Assembly (NCBI GenBank): GCA_021774265.1
Contig: JAJFJG010000063.1
Span: forward strand, 1-61,813
Source: Nitrosomonas sp.
GTDB taxonomy: Bacteria; Pseudomonadota; Gammaproteobacteria; Burkholderiales; Nitrosomonadaceae
Length of the DNA: 61,813 bases
Direction: 5' to 3'
The translations under genes were made by a program, and so were the position numbers. This document shows positions 42,901-52,389 of this stretch, piece after piece. Numbering within the stretch: position 1 is the first letter of the stretch; every line of letters begins with the position of its first letter. A model generated the notes under the pieces. That model ran no database searches, was not told where the DNA came from, and was given only the letters and a program-made list of their open reading frames with translations.

Positions 42901-43117
42901 CTATACCACTTAGATTTTCCTCTATGGGTGCGGCAACAGTCTTAATCAACGTTTCAGCACTGGCACCAGGAAAAGTGGCCGTGACACGAATTGTTGGTGG
43001 TGTAATGGGGGGATATTGCGCAACAGGTAGCTGAATGGCGGCAGCCAGACCAGCCAGCACAATAATAATAGACAGCACCGAAGCAAATATCGGTCTTGTT
43101 ATGAAGAATCGTGTCAT
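39968..43117 (-). CDS. HAE1-family RND efflux permease (AcrB/MexB-like)
   Basis: 1049 aa; FFITRPIFA, LPVAQYP, GIVVDDAIVVLEN, GLAAKNAIL, RFRPIVMTS. Confidence 0.96.
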   Translation of the reverse strand: MTRFFITRPIFASVLSIIIVLAGLAAAIQLPVAQYPPITPPTIRVTATFPGASAETLIKTVAAPIEENLSGIEGLLYFSSSADSSGQLTITVTFEIGTDIDMATFNVSNRLNIALPRLPDEVRRTGVTVQKRANDLLLVFAVTSGDEAHTPLFISNYITNNFLDDLKRTTGVGEARIFGAQDYAMRIWLRPDRMAQLGITTGDITAAIRAQNTQYAAGKIGQEPALADQQLVYTVTAKGRLLEPEQFGNIILRADGARGVLYLKDVASIELGAQDYDIRTILNGEPGVGIGIFLQTGSNALETAAAIKSKMEELKQVFPEGIKYVIPYDTSDFVKSSIWEVVKTLAEAMLLVVLVVYVFLQSWRATLIPIIAVPISLIGTFAGLWLLGYSINTMTLFAMVLSIGIVVDDAIVVLENIERLISEEKLSPINAAIKAMQQVSSAVVAMTLVLVAVFVPVAFLGGIAGELYRQFAVTVAVAGVISGVVALTLTPTLCAMLLNSNHNKATFFRYFNRGFDHVRGFYVGMVNSTLHHKVISSFIFVALIGGVLILLKLIPNSLVPPEDQGYVITSVILPDSATLSRTVNTMDAVRAEVEKDPSVAFQFAVNGLDFIGGGNKTNVATMFLRMTDWSERTTTAEDMVDKLSNIGSQQTDGLVVAFNPPAIRGLGSTGGFELYVQSRESSDPLQLSVVVNDFMSALKQEPKLASINTFYRPTIPQLFVEVDEAKAITQGIAIADIYTALQSTMGSLYVNDFNRSGRTYRVQLQAESAYRMKPEDLGKVYVRSVSGSMIPLSALSTVKHVVGAEQLERFNGLLSARLLGRGEAGVSSGDALELVERVAAQTLPEGYQIAWTGTAFQEKSLGSAALFAFTLALIMVFLILAAQFETWALPLAVIMAVPFAMAGALIAVLLRDMPNDVYFQIGMVTLIGLAAKNAILLVEFANQKLKEGMSIKQAAIQSAQLRFRPIVMTSLAFILGVVPLVIATGAGSAARQSMGTGVFGGMIMAAFVATIFIPMFFSWFVSKQEPALPANGNNNEKAKLVTHHKKNKK

Positions 43118-43191
43118 TTTATTATGCTTGAATTATCTTATTGAATAGGTATTTAAGATACATCATATTAATGCGACACGACTTTCATGCC

Positions 43192-44268
43192 TTATTTTAA
43201 TCTGATAATGTTATCGACAATCACTTTATCACCAGGGTTAAGCCCACCCAAGATAGTCCAATCGGTTCCAATCCACTCACCCACTTTCACAGGGCGTGGA
43301 GTTGCTTCGTTTTTTTCATTAACTACATAGACATACCGCCCCAAATCTGAAGTCAGGACTGCGAGCTGCGGCACAACAAATACCTTTTGCGATTCAATAG
43401 CTGCCACACGCACTCGAACAAACTGCCCAGGAAGTAAGCGCTGATTAACATTCTCAAACGTGGCTCTAAGTTGTTGTGTACCGAGTAACGGATCGATTTG
43501 GCTGGCTGCGAAATTGATTTCTCCCTTTTGCTCATATTCTGAACCGTCAGGTATGATCACAGATACATACTGAACATTTTTCTTTGTCATACGACCATCA
43601 AAACGACTCATCTCATTATCAGAAAAACTAAAACGCACCCAAATTGGAGATAACTGAGCAATGGAGGTCAATAAACTGTCATTTGCCGAAACCAACGAAC
43701 CTTCAGAAAATTGGGAACGCCCTGTAACACCTGCGACAGGTGCTGTTACTGTTGTATATGAAAGATTTAATTCTGCACGTTGCACACGAACCTTAGCGGT
43801 TTCTAGTGCAGCTTCTTCAACTGCAAGATCAGCAAAAGCAGCGTCATACATCCGCTCACTGACAAAATCTTCTGCAACTAACTGCTTCATCCGTTGTTCC
43901 TCACGTTTCATTCTTTCAACACGAACTTGCTGCTCATAATGCTGTGCTCGTAATTCTGACAACGTGTTCTTAAAGGGTACAGAATCAATCAGAAACAGCG
44001 GCTGACCAGCTTCTACAAATACACCTTCGTCATACAACCGTTTTTTAATAATTCCACCGACACGTGGGCGTATTTCAGTTTCTTTAGCGCCTTCCATTAA
44101 TGCAACAGTTTCTGCCGTAACAGGCAAAGTCACAGACTGAACCTGAATAGTACTTACACGCACAGCTTCTTCTGTCTTTTCGACTTCTCCCGGGTCATTT
44201 TGACCACAAGCAACGAGTACTATAGCAACCATAAGAAACTGTACTAAAACAATCAAATAATGATGCAT
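43192..44268 (-). CDS. RND efflux periplasmic adaptor (MFP) lipoprotein
   Basis: Lipobox VLVAC, EIRPRVGG, TVTAPVAG, LLPGQFVRV, GLNPGDKVIV. Confidence 0.94.
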   Translation of the reverse strand: MHHYLIVLVQFLMVAIVLVACGQNDPGEVEKTEEAVRVSTIQVQSVTLPVTAETVALMEGAKETEIRPRVGGIIKKRLYDEGVFVEAGQPLFLIDSVPFKNTLSELRAQHYEQQVRVERMKREEQRMKQLVAEDFVSERMYDAAFADLAVEEAALETAKVRVQRAELNLSYTTVTAPVAGVTGRSQFSEGSLVSANDSLLTSIAQLSPIWVRFSFSDNEMSRFDGRMTKKNVQYVSVIIPDGSEYEQKGEINFAASQIDPLLGTQQLRATFENVNQRLLPGQFVRVRVAAIESQKVFVVPQLAVLTSDLGRYVYVVNEKNEATPRPVKVGEWIGTDWTILGGLNPGDKVIVDNIIRLK

Positions 44269-44761
44269 TTAAAAATTTCTGCCTTTACACATAAAAATTA
44301 CCGCCCTATCGTCTAAAAATTCAGATTGTAACAATGAAAGTCGCGCACTTAATTATTTAATGCTGCCCACATAATCTGCGCCCAAATTACACATTAATTT
44401 GAAAGGCTATACTCTTTCATACATTTGACCCAACATTAATTACTCAGCTACGCCTTAAATGAAAAATCCATGAGTCTATTATGGAGTTCTGTATAATAAT
44501 TTATTAAACTGTCAAAATAACAGCCGTCAATAATGATTTTAAATACGTGTTATCAATAAACACCGCAATCTAGAGATAAATGAATTATTTAAAAGCTTGA
44601 TCAAATTTAAAACATAGCTTCACAATTATTTGACATGCCCAGGTAATATGATAAACCACATAATGCCTTGTTATTAAATATATTTATATAACAATATCGA
44701 TGACATCACTAAACGATAATGCATAAGCTAGCCTATTAGCTAGTCAAATTTAAAAGGTACT

Positions 44762-46486
44762 TTGAAAATGCCCATCAAAATATTAACAACCGTATTAGCT
44801 TATTTATGTATTGCCTGCATGGCAACTGCTCAAGCCTCTTTAAAACTCCCAAAAACAATAAAAGTAGACCCAGAAGCGTTGACTTCAGAACCCATGTGCG
44901 ACCCTAAAATTCCTGCTTCATGGCGTGAAGCTCAAGTAATCGAAGGTGTTCAAATTCGGGAGTCACAGCGCTGCAGCCCTGACAATCCATATTTAATCGC
45001 TGCTGCAGTAAAAGGAACCAACAATATTTCTATGGGCACACTCATGGAAACTGCGTTATCTCCTGACACGATTATCAAAACTGACGATATGGACGGCGAC
45101 GGCGATCCTGACCGCATCATTATCAAACTTGAAGTGATGGAACTCAACGGCCCTTCTCCAGACTTTGAGGGACTCATTCCTACGTTTGATATCGCTCCTG
45201 GTATTCAGCCTGGAGCATGGGTATTCGCGCCAAAGACAAGCGGCATGTCAACTGAAAACTTTGAGAGTGTCAGAGCAAATGCTTTATTACGCCTACCCTC
45301 CCCGGTTATTCGTGTTGAGCAAGGTGACATTGTACAAATCGTACTAGAAAACACCCATTACTTCCCACACACTATCCATTTACACGGCGTTGATCATCCT
45401 TTCTCACATCATGGATATGGGAATGATGGCCCCACACAAACCAGTGAAATGCACTTGATGCCAGGTGAGAAGCGCATTTATGAATTTCAAGCACGCCAGA
45501 CAGGCACCATGTTTTATCACTGTCATGTGCAAACCCATACGCACTTAGCTATGGGTCTTGTCGGCATGATCATTGTCGAAGAAAACCGACCTAATAACTG
45601 GCTACAAACTTTAAATGTTGGTGCTGGTGATGTAAGACACCCATCGGTAGCAATACAAGAAGAATTCGATCACGAATACGATTTGCACTATCACGCCATG
45701 GATAAAGAACTGCATGAAATCATTCAGAAATACAATGATCCTCGGCTTATTGCACGAGACATGAATCGGCGGTATGATTTGACCGACTCAACTGAAGATT
45801 ACTTTACTCTCAATGGATTGTCGTTCCCTTATACCTTAAGAGAATCAATGATAGTAGTCGAGCCGGATCAAAAAGTAAAATTACGCGTTCTTAATAGTGG
45901 TGGCGAACTACTGGCACTGCATTCACATGGTCATAAAGCCACAATCACTCATTATGATGGCATTGAACACAATCCTATCGCACAGATTACACGTGATGTT
46001 TTCGATCTAGCTCCTGCTCAACGCGTAGACCTGACTTTGAATACAACCAATGATGGATTACATAGTTATGATGCAGGTGTCTGGTTGTTTCACGATCATC
46101 GAGAAAAAGGAATTACCACCGATGGTATGAGTGAAGGCGGAAGTATTAGTGCAATTGCATACAAATCATTCCTGAATGAGATCGGCTTCCCTACAGGAAC
46201 TCATGCTGAAAGCCTCGATTCGTATTTTACTAAAGAGTTCTACCAGAGAAAATTGCCAATATGGCAAGACCTTGATGAAGTTGGCAGTTTGGGTGCACCT
46301 GCTGGTCGAAGCCGAATAGATAGCATTGACCCAGAAACACGCACAGATATCTTCAATCTTATCTATGGATTACTAGCTGGGCTTATCCTTTATCTATTAT
46401 TCGTTAAGCGTCAGCAAGCTATACAGATTGTGCTAAGTATGACTGCTAAGCTTAAAGGCTCAAAAGGGAGCGCAAACAATGAATAA
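44762..46486 (+). CDS. periplasmic two-domain multicopper oxidase-like protein with C-terminal membrane anchor
   Basis: Signal peptide; four HxH motifs (HLH, HCH, HSH, HDH); T1 Cys only in domain 1; hydrophobic segment IFNLIYGLLAGLILYLLFV then KR; start may be ATG 44768. Confidence 0.85.
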   Translation: MKMPIKILTTVLAYLCIACMATAQASLKLPKTIKVDPEALTSEPMCDPKIPASWREAQVIEGVQIRESQRCSPDNPYLIAAAVKGTNNISMGTLMETALSPDTIIKTDDMDGDGDPDRIIIKLEVMELNGPSPDFEGLIPTFDIAPGIQPGAWVFAPKTSGMSTENFESVRANALLRLPSPVIRVEQGDIVQIVLENTHYFPHTIHLHGVDHPFSHHGYGNDGPTQTSEMHLMPGEKRIYEFQARQTGTMFYHCHVQTHTHLAMGLVGMIIVEENRPNNWLQTLNVGAGDVRHPSVAIQEEFDHEYDLHYHAMDKELHEIIQKYNDPRLIARDMNRRYDLTDSTEDYFTLNGLSFPYTLRESMIVVEPDQKVKLRVLNSGGELLALHSHGHKATITHYDGIEHNPIAQITRDVFDLAPAQRVDLTLNTTNDGLHSYDAGVWLFHDHREKGITTDGMSEGGSISAIAYKSFLNEIGFPTGTHAESLDSYFTKEFYQRKLPIWQDLDEVGSLGAPAGRSRIDSIDPETRTDIFNLIYGLLAGLILYLLFVKRQQAIQIVLSMTAKLKGSKGSANNE

Positions 46487-47447
46487 GAATCTCAGTGTTT
46501 TATTCGCAGCCATTTTACTTGTCACCGTTCAAGCTCATGCGGAGACGAAAGCTGATGCTGAGGATCATAGTGACCACAATATTGATCACAGTATGCATAA
46601 CATGGATCACAGTGAACATGACATGGATCATAGCACTCATGATATGAGTCATGACCATGACATGTCACACCATGATGGCGACGATCATGGAATAGATGAC
46701 CCTGACCATGCGGGCCATGATGCTGAAGAAGATCATGCGGATCATTCTGCGCATGGTCATGGCCATCACCACATGGATGATAGTCATATCATGGATCATG
46801 AAGGTGGCATGATTATGGGACAGAACAAGGATAAACTACCCAGCAGTTGTGACAGCATCTCTGAAGAGATTGAAATCACAGTACATGCTGGCAAGAAACA
46901 TGCTCAGGAATTTCCTGGCACAACGTTTGCCTTTGACCAACGTGAGTGGCGCGTAAAACCATGCACAAAAATTACCTGGCACTTTGTTAATGATGATGAA
47001 GTACGTCATCAATTTATGATGCACGGACTACCTAGATATCTCTACCAAAATGGCATGTTTCATTTAGAGGTCACTGGACCAAAAAAGATTTCCGGCACCA
47101 TGATAGTTCCAGCTTCCGATGAAACCTACCTGGTCCATTGCGATATTTCTCAGCATATGGAGAAAGGTATGAAAGGACAACTCGTTGTCGGCAATGGCGG
47201 TGAAGATCTACCAAGTATTCCCGGATTCACACCTTATACATTCCCAGACACTTATCCACATGAAGATTTGCCGCAAGTTTCTGATAAAGACAATGAAGAC
47301 ACCATTATAGAGCAAGTAGCAGATTTTCTTGATTCCACACCATTTCTGTCAGGCATGCTGATTATTGGATTGCTGTTAGGCGCATTAATCGCTCCACTGA
47401 TTAGCCGAATAATGGCTTTAAGGAAAAAAGACGAAATCGCTGAATAA
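46479..47447 (+). CDS. His/Asp-rich cupredoxin (type 1 copper) protein with C-terminal membrane anchor
   Basis: Signal peptide (AHA), 79-residue His-rich tract, VRHQF...HCDISQHMEKGM (C-x4-H-x4-M), C-terminal TM + RKK; overlaps the MCO stop by 8 nt. Confidence 0.82.
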   Translation: MNKNLSVLFAAILLVTVQAHAETKADAEDHSDHNIDHSMHNMDHSEHDMDHSTHDMSHDHDMSHHDGDDHGIDDPDHAGHDAEEDHADHSAHGHGHHHMDDSHIMDHEGGMIMGQNKDKLPSSCDSISEEIEITVHAGKKHAQEFPGTTFAFDQREWRVKPCTKITWHFVNDDEVRHQFMMHGLPRYLYQNGMFHLEVTGPKKISGTMIVPASDETYLVHCDISQHMEKGMKGQLVVGNGGEDLPSIPGFTPYTFPDTYPHEDLPQVSDKDNEDTIIEQVADFLDSTPFLSGMLIIGLLLGALIAPLISRIMALRKKDEIAE

Positions 47448-47518
47448 AATTAACAAAAAAACTAATTTCTTCTAGATTAATAAATCAAATTCAGATAATA
47501 AATTAGCACTTATCACCC

Positions 47519-47558
47519 AAAAGCTTATCTATGCGTTAAAAAGCATAGATAAGCTTTT
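47519..47558 (+). terminator. intrinsic terminator after the copper-protein operon
   Basis: Perfect 16-bp stem AAAAGCTTATCTATGC / GCATAGATAAGCTTTT with T tract. Confidence 0.88.
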
Positions 47559-47602
47559 TCCCTTTTAAAAAAACATATTAGCGTTTATTTTCATCAAGCC
47601 AA

Positions 47603-47658
47603 ATATAGTTGACTAAATTCATCGGGTATTATATAGTTGAGTAAATTCATCGGGTATT
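47603..47658 (+). promoter_or_regulatory. two tandem type-1 IscR binding sites
   Basis: 28-bp direct repeat ATATAGTTGA(C/G)TAAATTCATCGGGTATT x2; each copy resembles the 25-bp IscR type-1 motif ATASYYGACTRWWWYAGTCRRSTAT; directly upstream of iscR. Confidence 0.85.
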
Positions 47659-47720
47659 TTTCATTTAAATCAAAATTTTTTGTAATTAACTCTACCCGAC
47701 TTTTCAGAGGGATTTTTAAA

Positions 47721-48224
47721 ATGCGATTAACAACAAAAGGAAGGTTTGCAGTCACTGCATTATTGGATCTTGCAATGCAAAAAGGTAACAGTCCAGTTAC
47801 GCTTTCTGATATCAGTCAACGACAAAAAATTTCACTATCTTATCTTGAACAATTATTTGCTAAACTCCGTCAATCTGAATTGGTTGGTAGTGTTCGTGGT
47901 CCAGGTGGTGGATATTGTCTCGCTAAACCATTGGATGAAGTATCGGTTGCAGATATAATTCTTGCCGTTGATGAGCCCATCGACACAACACAATGTGGCG
48001 GTAAGGAAAATTGTCTTAATGATAGCAAATGTATGACCCATGATTTATGGGCTAAACTTAATGATCTCATTTTCGATTATTTACGTGCAGTTACACTACA
48101 GCAATTGGTTGATGATCAATATATTAATATAGATGGCGACGTTGTTCCACTGTTTGATATACGCGCAGCCAATCGTGCTGCGACCAACACTACTACTACG
48201 ACCAATACTGTTAACCTAGCTTAA
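47721..48224 (+). CDS. iscR: Fe-S cluster assembly transcription regulator (Rrf2 family)
   Basis: MRLTTKGRFAV, ISLSYLEQLF, SVRGPGGGY, C-x5-C-x5-C-x2-H cluster ligands; ATG 47721 with SD GAGG (track start 47637 lies in the operator). Confidence 0.95.
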   Translation: MRLTTKGRFAVTALLDLAMQKGNSPVTLSDISQRQKISLSYLEQLFAKLRQSELVGSVRGPGGGYCLAKPLDEVSVADIILAVDEPIDTTQCGGKENCLNDSKCMTHDLWAKLNDLIFDYLRAVTLQQLVDDQYINIDGDVVPLFDIRAANRAATNTTTTTNTVNLA

Positions 48225-48397
48225 ATCACTAGATCAAGAATTGTCGTTCACTTGAACTTGATGTGAGTTAGCTTAATTTCCCTATATATGTTGTTGGATC
48301 CGGCCTAATATTATGTTCAATTTTTAAAGGCAAATTTGAACTTCTAAGATAGCCTGTTAATCAATCATCATTATGGACAATAATTGAGGTTTATACA

Positions 48398-48739
48398 GTG
48401 GGAATTACATTAACAGAAAGTGCAGCAAAACATATTCAGCAACAATTTGAAAAACGCGGCAAAGGAGTTGCTTTGCGCATCGGTATTAAGAAATCAGGTT
48501 GTTCTGGATTTAGCTATACATACGACTATGCGGATAACATAAATGAAAATGAAAAAATCTTTGAATCATGTAACACACGCATTATTGTTGACGCTGACAA
48601 TTTACCTTACTTAGACGGGTCTCAAATCGACTTTATCAAGAACGGTCTCAATAGTGCTTTTAAGTTTAACAATCCAAATATTGAGGACGCATGCGGTTGT
48701 GGCACAAGCGTTAGTTTTAAAGAGTCGGTAAGCACCTAA
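48398..48739 (+). CDS. iscA: A-type Fe-S carrier (IscA/SufA)
   Basis: GTG start; KKSGCSGFSY, FNNPN, CGCG. Confidence 0.9.
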   Translation: MGITLTESAAKHIQQQFEKRGKGVALRIGIKKSGCSGFSYTYDYADNINENEKIFESCNTRIIVDADNLPYLDGSQIDFIKNGLNSAFKFNNPNIEDACGCGTSVSFKESVST

Positions 48740-48857
48740 TTAAAAAATTTATAAAAAGATATCAGAAAATAAAAAGATATATTTAGCCTAAGTTAACAAG
48801 CGCATTGGCAAATTGAGTCTTAACTGAAAATCTCTAAAAGTTAAAGGAATAAACCAA

Positions 48858-50294
48858 ATGAGCACAGCTTTGCAAAATCTGGTTAATCAGCCGTACAAAC
48901 ATGGTTTCGTCACAGATATTGAATCAGACATTGCACCCAAAGGATTGAGTGAAGACACCATTCGACTGATTTCATCCAAAAAAAATGAACCAGAGTGGCT
49001 ACTTTCTTTTAGGTTAAAAGCCTACAATAAATGGCTAAGCATGAAAGAACCACACTGGCAAAATGTAACGCACAATAAAATTGATTTCCAAGAAATTAGC
49101 TATTATGCTGCGCCAAAGCCAAAGAAAAAACTTGCCAGTATGGATGAAGTTGATCCTGAATTACTGCGTACGTTTGAAAAATTGGGTGTACCTATGCATG
49201 AGCGAGCTGCATTGGCGGGTGTTGCTGTTGACGTTATTTTTGATAGTGTATCCGTTGCGACAACTTACAAAAAAAAATTAGCTGAAGTCGGCATCATCTT
49301 TTGCTCATTTTCTGAAGCAGTACAAGATCATCCTGAGTTAATAAAAAAATACCTTGGTACCGTTGTACCTGTCGGCGATAATTTTTACGCAGCACTTAAT
49401 TCCGCCGTATTTACCGACGGCTCATTTTGCTTCATCCCCAAGGGCGTTAAATGCCCTATGGACTTATCGACCTATTTTCGCATCAATACTGAAGAATCGG
49501 GTCAGTTCGAGCGCACCTTGATTGTTGCTGAGGAAGGCGCATCTGTCTCATATCTTGAAGGTTGTACAGCACCTCGTTTCGACACTAACCAATTACATGC
49601 AGCTGTCGTTGAATTAGTTGCATTGGATAATGCTGACATTAAATATTCAACCGTACAAAATTGGTACGCTGGAGATGAAGATGGTGTGGGTGGTATTTAT
49701 AACTTTGTGACTAAACGCGGTTTAGCTAAGGGTGTTAACTCACGCATTTCATGGACTCAAGTTGAAACAGGTTCTGCTGTTACCTGGAAATACCCATCCT
49801 GCATTTTACGCGGTGATAATTCAGTCGGCGAGTTCTATTCAGTTGCAGTTACCAACAATCACCAACAAGCTGACACTGGCACTAAAATGATACATATTGG
49901 AAAAAACACACGTAGCACTATTGTAAGCAAAGGCATCTCAGCAGGATATTCAAATAGTAGTTACCGTGGTTTGGTTAGAATCACACCCACTGCTGAGGGT
50001 GCGCGTAATTATTCACAATGTGATTCAATGTTAATCGGTGATCAATGTGGCGCTCATACTTTTCCTTATATTCAAGTGCAAAATAGTAGCGCCAAGGTTG
50101 AGCATGAAGCTTCAACATCTAAAATTGGTGAAGACCAATTATTTTACTTTTCACAGCGGGGTATTGACGCTGAAGAGGCAGTATCAATGATTATTAATGG
50201 CTTCTGTAAAGACGTATTTCAGCAGTTACCGATGGAATTTGCTGTTGAAGCTACTAAATTACTAAGTTTTAAGCTTGAGGGAAGTGTTGGATGA
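48858..50294 (+). CDS. sufB: Fe-S cluster assembly protein SufB
   Basis: [48 protein letters not shown]. Confidence 0.98.
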   Translation: MSTALQNLVNQPYKHGFVTDIESDIAPKGLSEDTIRLISSKKNEPEWLLSFRLKAYNKWLSMKEPHWQNVTHNKIDFQEISYYAAPKPKKKLASMDEVDPELLRTFEKLGVPMHERAALAGVAVDVIFDSVSVATTYKKKLAEVGIIFCSFSEAVQDHPELIKKYLGTVVPVGDNFYAALNSAVFTDGSFCFIPKGVKCPMDLSTYFRINTEESGQFERTLIVAEEGASVSYLEGCTAPRFDTNQLHAAVVELVALDNADIKYSTVQNWYAGDEDGVGGIYNFVTKRGLAKGVNSRISWTQVETGSAVTWKYPSCILRGDNSVGEFYSVAVTNNHQQADTGTKMIHIGKNTRSTIVSKGISAGYSNSSYRGLVRITPTAEGARNYSQCDSMLIGDQCGAHTFPYIQVQNSSAKVEHEASTSKIGEDQLFYFSQRGIDAEEAVSMIINGFCKDVFQQLPMEFAVEATKLLSFKLEGSVG

Positions 50295-51085
50295 TTAATC
50301 AAAACAGCAAAATATTACTTGAAATACGTGGATTACACGCAACCATCAATAACGTTGAAGTTTTAAAAGGTATTGATCTCACTATTAAGAGTGGCGAGAT
50401 TCATGCCATTATGGGTATTAACGGATCAGGCAAAAGCACACTTGCCAAGGTATTAGCGGGTCACTCTGCCTATGAAGTTACCGCAGGTAATGTCTTATTT
50501 GAAGGAAAGGATTTATTTGAGCTAGCACCAGAAGAACGTGCGCGCGCAGGTATTTTTCTTGCTTTTCAATACCCCATTGAAATACCGGGTGTCGCGAACA
50601 ATCAATTTCTCAGATTGGCCTACAACACAGTGCAATCAGAGCGAGGCAAAGAAGAGTTGGATCCACTTGAGTTTGATGATTTTGTTCGTGAGAAAATGAA
50701 GCTACTTGAAATGAACCCAGACTTCTTAGATCGCAGTGTTAACGAAGGTTTCTCTGGCGGCGAAAAAAAACGTAATGAAATATTACAAATGGCATTACTT
50801 GAACCACGCATCAGTATTCTTGATGAAACTGATTCTGGCCTTGACATTGATGCGTTAAGAGTTGTCGCAAATGGCGTCAATCAAATCACCAATGCAGATA
50901 ACGCAACTTTGCTTGTTACACATTACCAACGTTTACTTGACTATATCGTGCCTGACTTTGTACATGTTATGGAAGCTGGCCGCATCATTAAAACAGGTGG
51001 AAAAGAACTTGCTTTAGAACTAGAAACTCGTGGCTATGATTGGGTAAGTAAAGAAAACAATATTCTCGCAGGAGCAGCATCATGA
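50291..51085 (+). CDS. sufC: Fe-S cluster assembly ATPase SufC
   Basis: [44 protein letters not shown]. Confidence 0.98.
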   Translation: MINQNSKILLEIRGLHATINNVEVLKGIDLTIKSGEIHAIMGINGSGKSTLAKVLAGHSAYEVTAGNVLFEGKDLFELAPEERARAGIFLAFQYPIEIPGVANNQFLRLAYNTVQSERGKEELDPLEFDDFVREKMKLLEMNPDFLDRSVNEGFSGGEKKRNEILQMALLEPRISILDETDSGLDIDALRVVANGVNQITNADNATLLVTHYQRLLDYIVPDFVHVMEAGRIIKTGGKELALELETRGYDWVSKENNILAGAAS

Positions 51086-52389
51086 ATGGAGCTGTCCGTG
51101 ATGACTATCTCAGCCATTTACTCCAATCCTGGCACAAACCATCATCCAGTACCCTACCCTGGTTAAACCAGCTTCGAACCGAAGCGGTTGATTGTGTCAG
51201 CACACTGAGAGTACCCACGGCGAAAGATGAAGAATGGCGTTTCACCAACATCGCATCACTGACTAAGTTACCATTCCAAGAAGCGCATAATACATCAGAA
51301 TTCAGCCCAACAGATATTGAGCACTTTTATCTGCCTGAGGCGACAACTCGACTAGTTTTTGTTGATGGACAATATGCGCCTCAGTTATCAAATAACACTA
51401 ATGAAGACGATGTTATTGCTGGTAATTTATCAACATTGGCAAACAGCCACTCCGCGCAGATATCGCTGCATCTTGGACAGCACACTGATTTCAGAAATAA
51501 TGTATTTGCTGCACTTAATACTACCTTCCTTAAGGATAGTGCAGTTGTTATCATTCCACGTAACACGACTACCAACGCACCAATTCATTTATTATTTATC
51601 GCGACACAACAAGAAGTAACTAACTATCCACGTTGCTTGTTAATTGCTGAGCCCAATAGCCAAGCCGTCATAATTGAGGATTATGTCGCGCTACACAATT
51701 TAATTTATGTCACAAACTCAGTTACTGAAGTCAGTCTTGCTAATAATGCACACATCAATCACATTCGCATACAGCGCGATAGCGACAAAGCTTTTCACAT
51801 AGCAGATTGTTCTGTGTCACAAGAACGATCAAGCCATTATCAATCAATGAATGTTGCATTAGGTGCAAATATCTCCCGGCTTAGTCTAAATATTCATTTA
51901 GAAGATGAAGGTGCAGAATGCACAGTTGATGGTTTAGCGTTGATTAAAGGTCAGCAGCTTGCCGACACTCATACGTTTATCAATCATGCAAAACCTAACG
52001 GCACCAGCCGTCAATTACATAAATGTATTGTTGGTGGTGAAGCTCATGCGGTATTCAATGGTCGCATAATGGTTCGTCCAAATGCTCAGAGCACTGATTC
52101 CACTCAATCCAACCGGAATTTATTATTAACAAACAAAGCACAAGTTAATACAAAACCACAGCTTGAGATTTTTGCTGATGATGTGAAATGCGCGCATGGC
52201 GCAACTGTGGGTCAACTAGATAATGAAGAGATCTTTTATTTAAGAAGTCGTGGCTTTCCCGAGATTGATGCTCGCAATTTGCTAACTTACGCATTTGGCG
52301 CCGAGATTATTAATCGCGTCCCAGTAGCCTCACTAAAGAAACAACTTGAGCAAACAGTACTCAAGCATACTCAGAGTACTGCCTTATGA
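51082..52389 (+). CDS. sufD: Fe-S cluster assembly protein SufD
   Basis: [39 protein letters not shown]. Confidence 0.96.
   Translation: MNGAVRDDYLSHLLQSWHKPSSSTLPWLNQLRTEAVDCVSTLRVPTAKDEEWRFTNIASLTKLPFQEAHNTSEFSPTDIEHFYLPEATTRLVFVDGQYAPQLSNNTNEDDVIAGNLSTLANSHSAQISLHLGQHTDFRNNVFAALNTTFLKDSAVVIIPRNTTTNAPIHLLFIATQQEVTNYPRCLLIAEPNSQAVIIEDYVALHNLIYVTNSVTEVSLANNAHINHIRIQRDSDKAFHIADCSVSQERSSHYQSMNVALGANISRLSLNIHLEDEGAECTVDGLALIKGQQLADTHTFINHAKPNGTSRQLHKCIVGGEAHAVFNGRIMVRPNAQSTDSTQSNRNLLLTNKAQVNTKPQLEIFADDVKCAHGATVGQLDNEEIFYLRSRGFPEIDARNLLTYAFGAEIINRVPVASLKKQLEQTVLKHTQSTAL

Noticed and set aside
44530-44548. Fur box upstream of the MCO
   Set aside because: Only about 12 of 19 matches in very AT-rich DNA.
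44762-46486. Copper nitrite reductase (nirK)
   Set aside because: Four HxH motifs indicate a trinuclear oxidase site; the NirK HNIDFH-type motif is absent.
46320-47447. C-terminal TM + basic tails of the two copper proteins as PEP-CTERM signals for XrtA
   Set aside because: No VPEP/PEP motif directly before either TM, and the MCO has a long tail after it; treated as ordinary anchors.
47603-47658. 28-bp direct repeat as a mini CRISPR
   Set aside because: Copies are adjacent with no spacer, there are no cas genes, and the repeat fits IscR sites.
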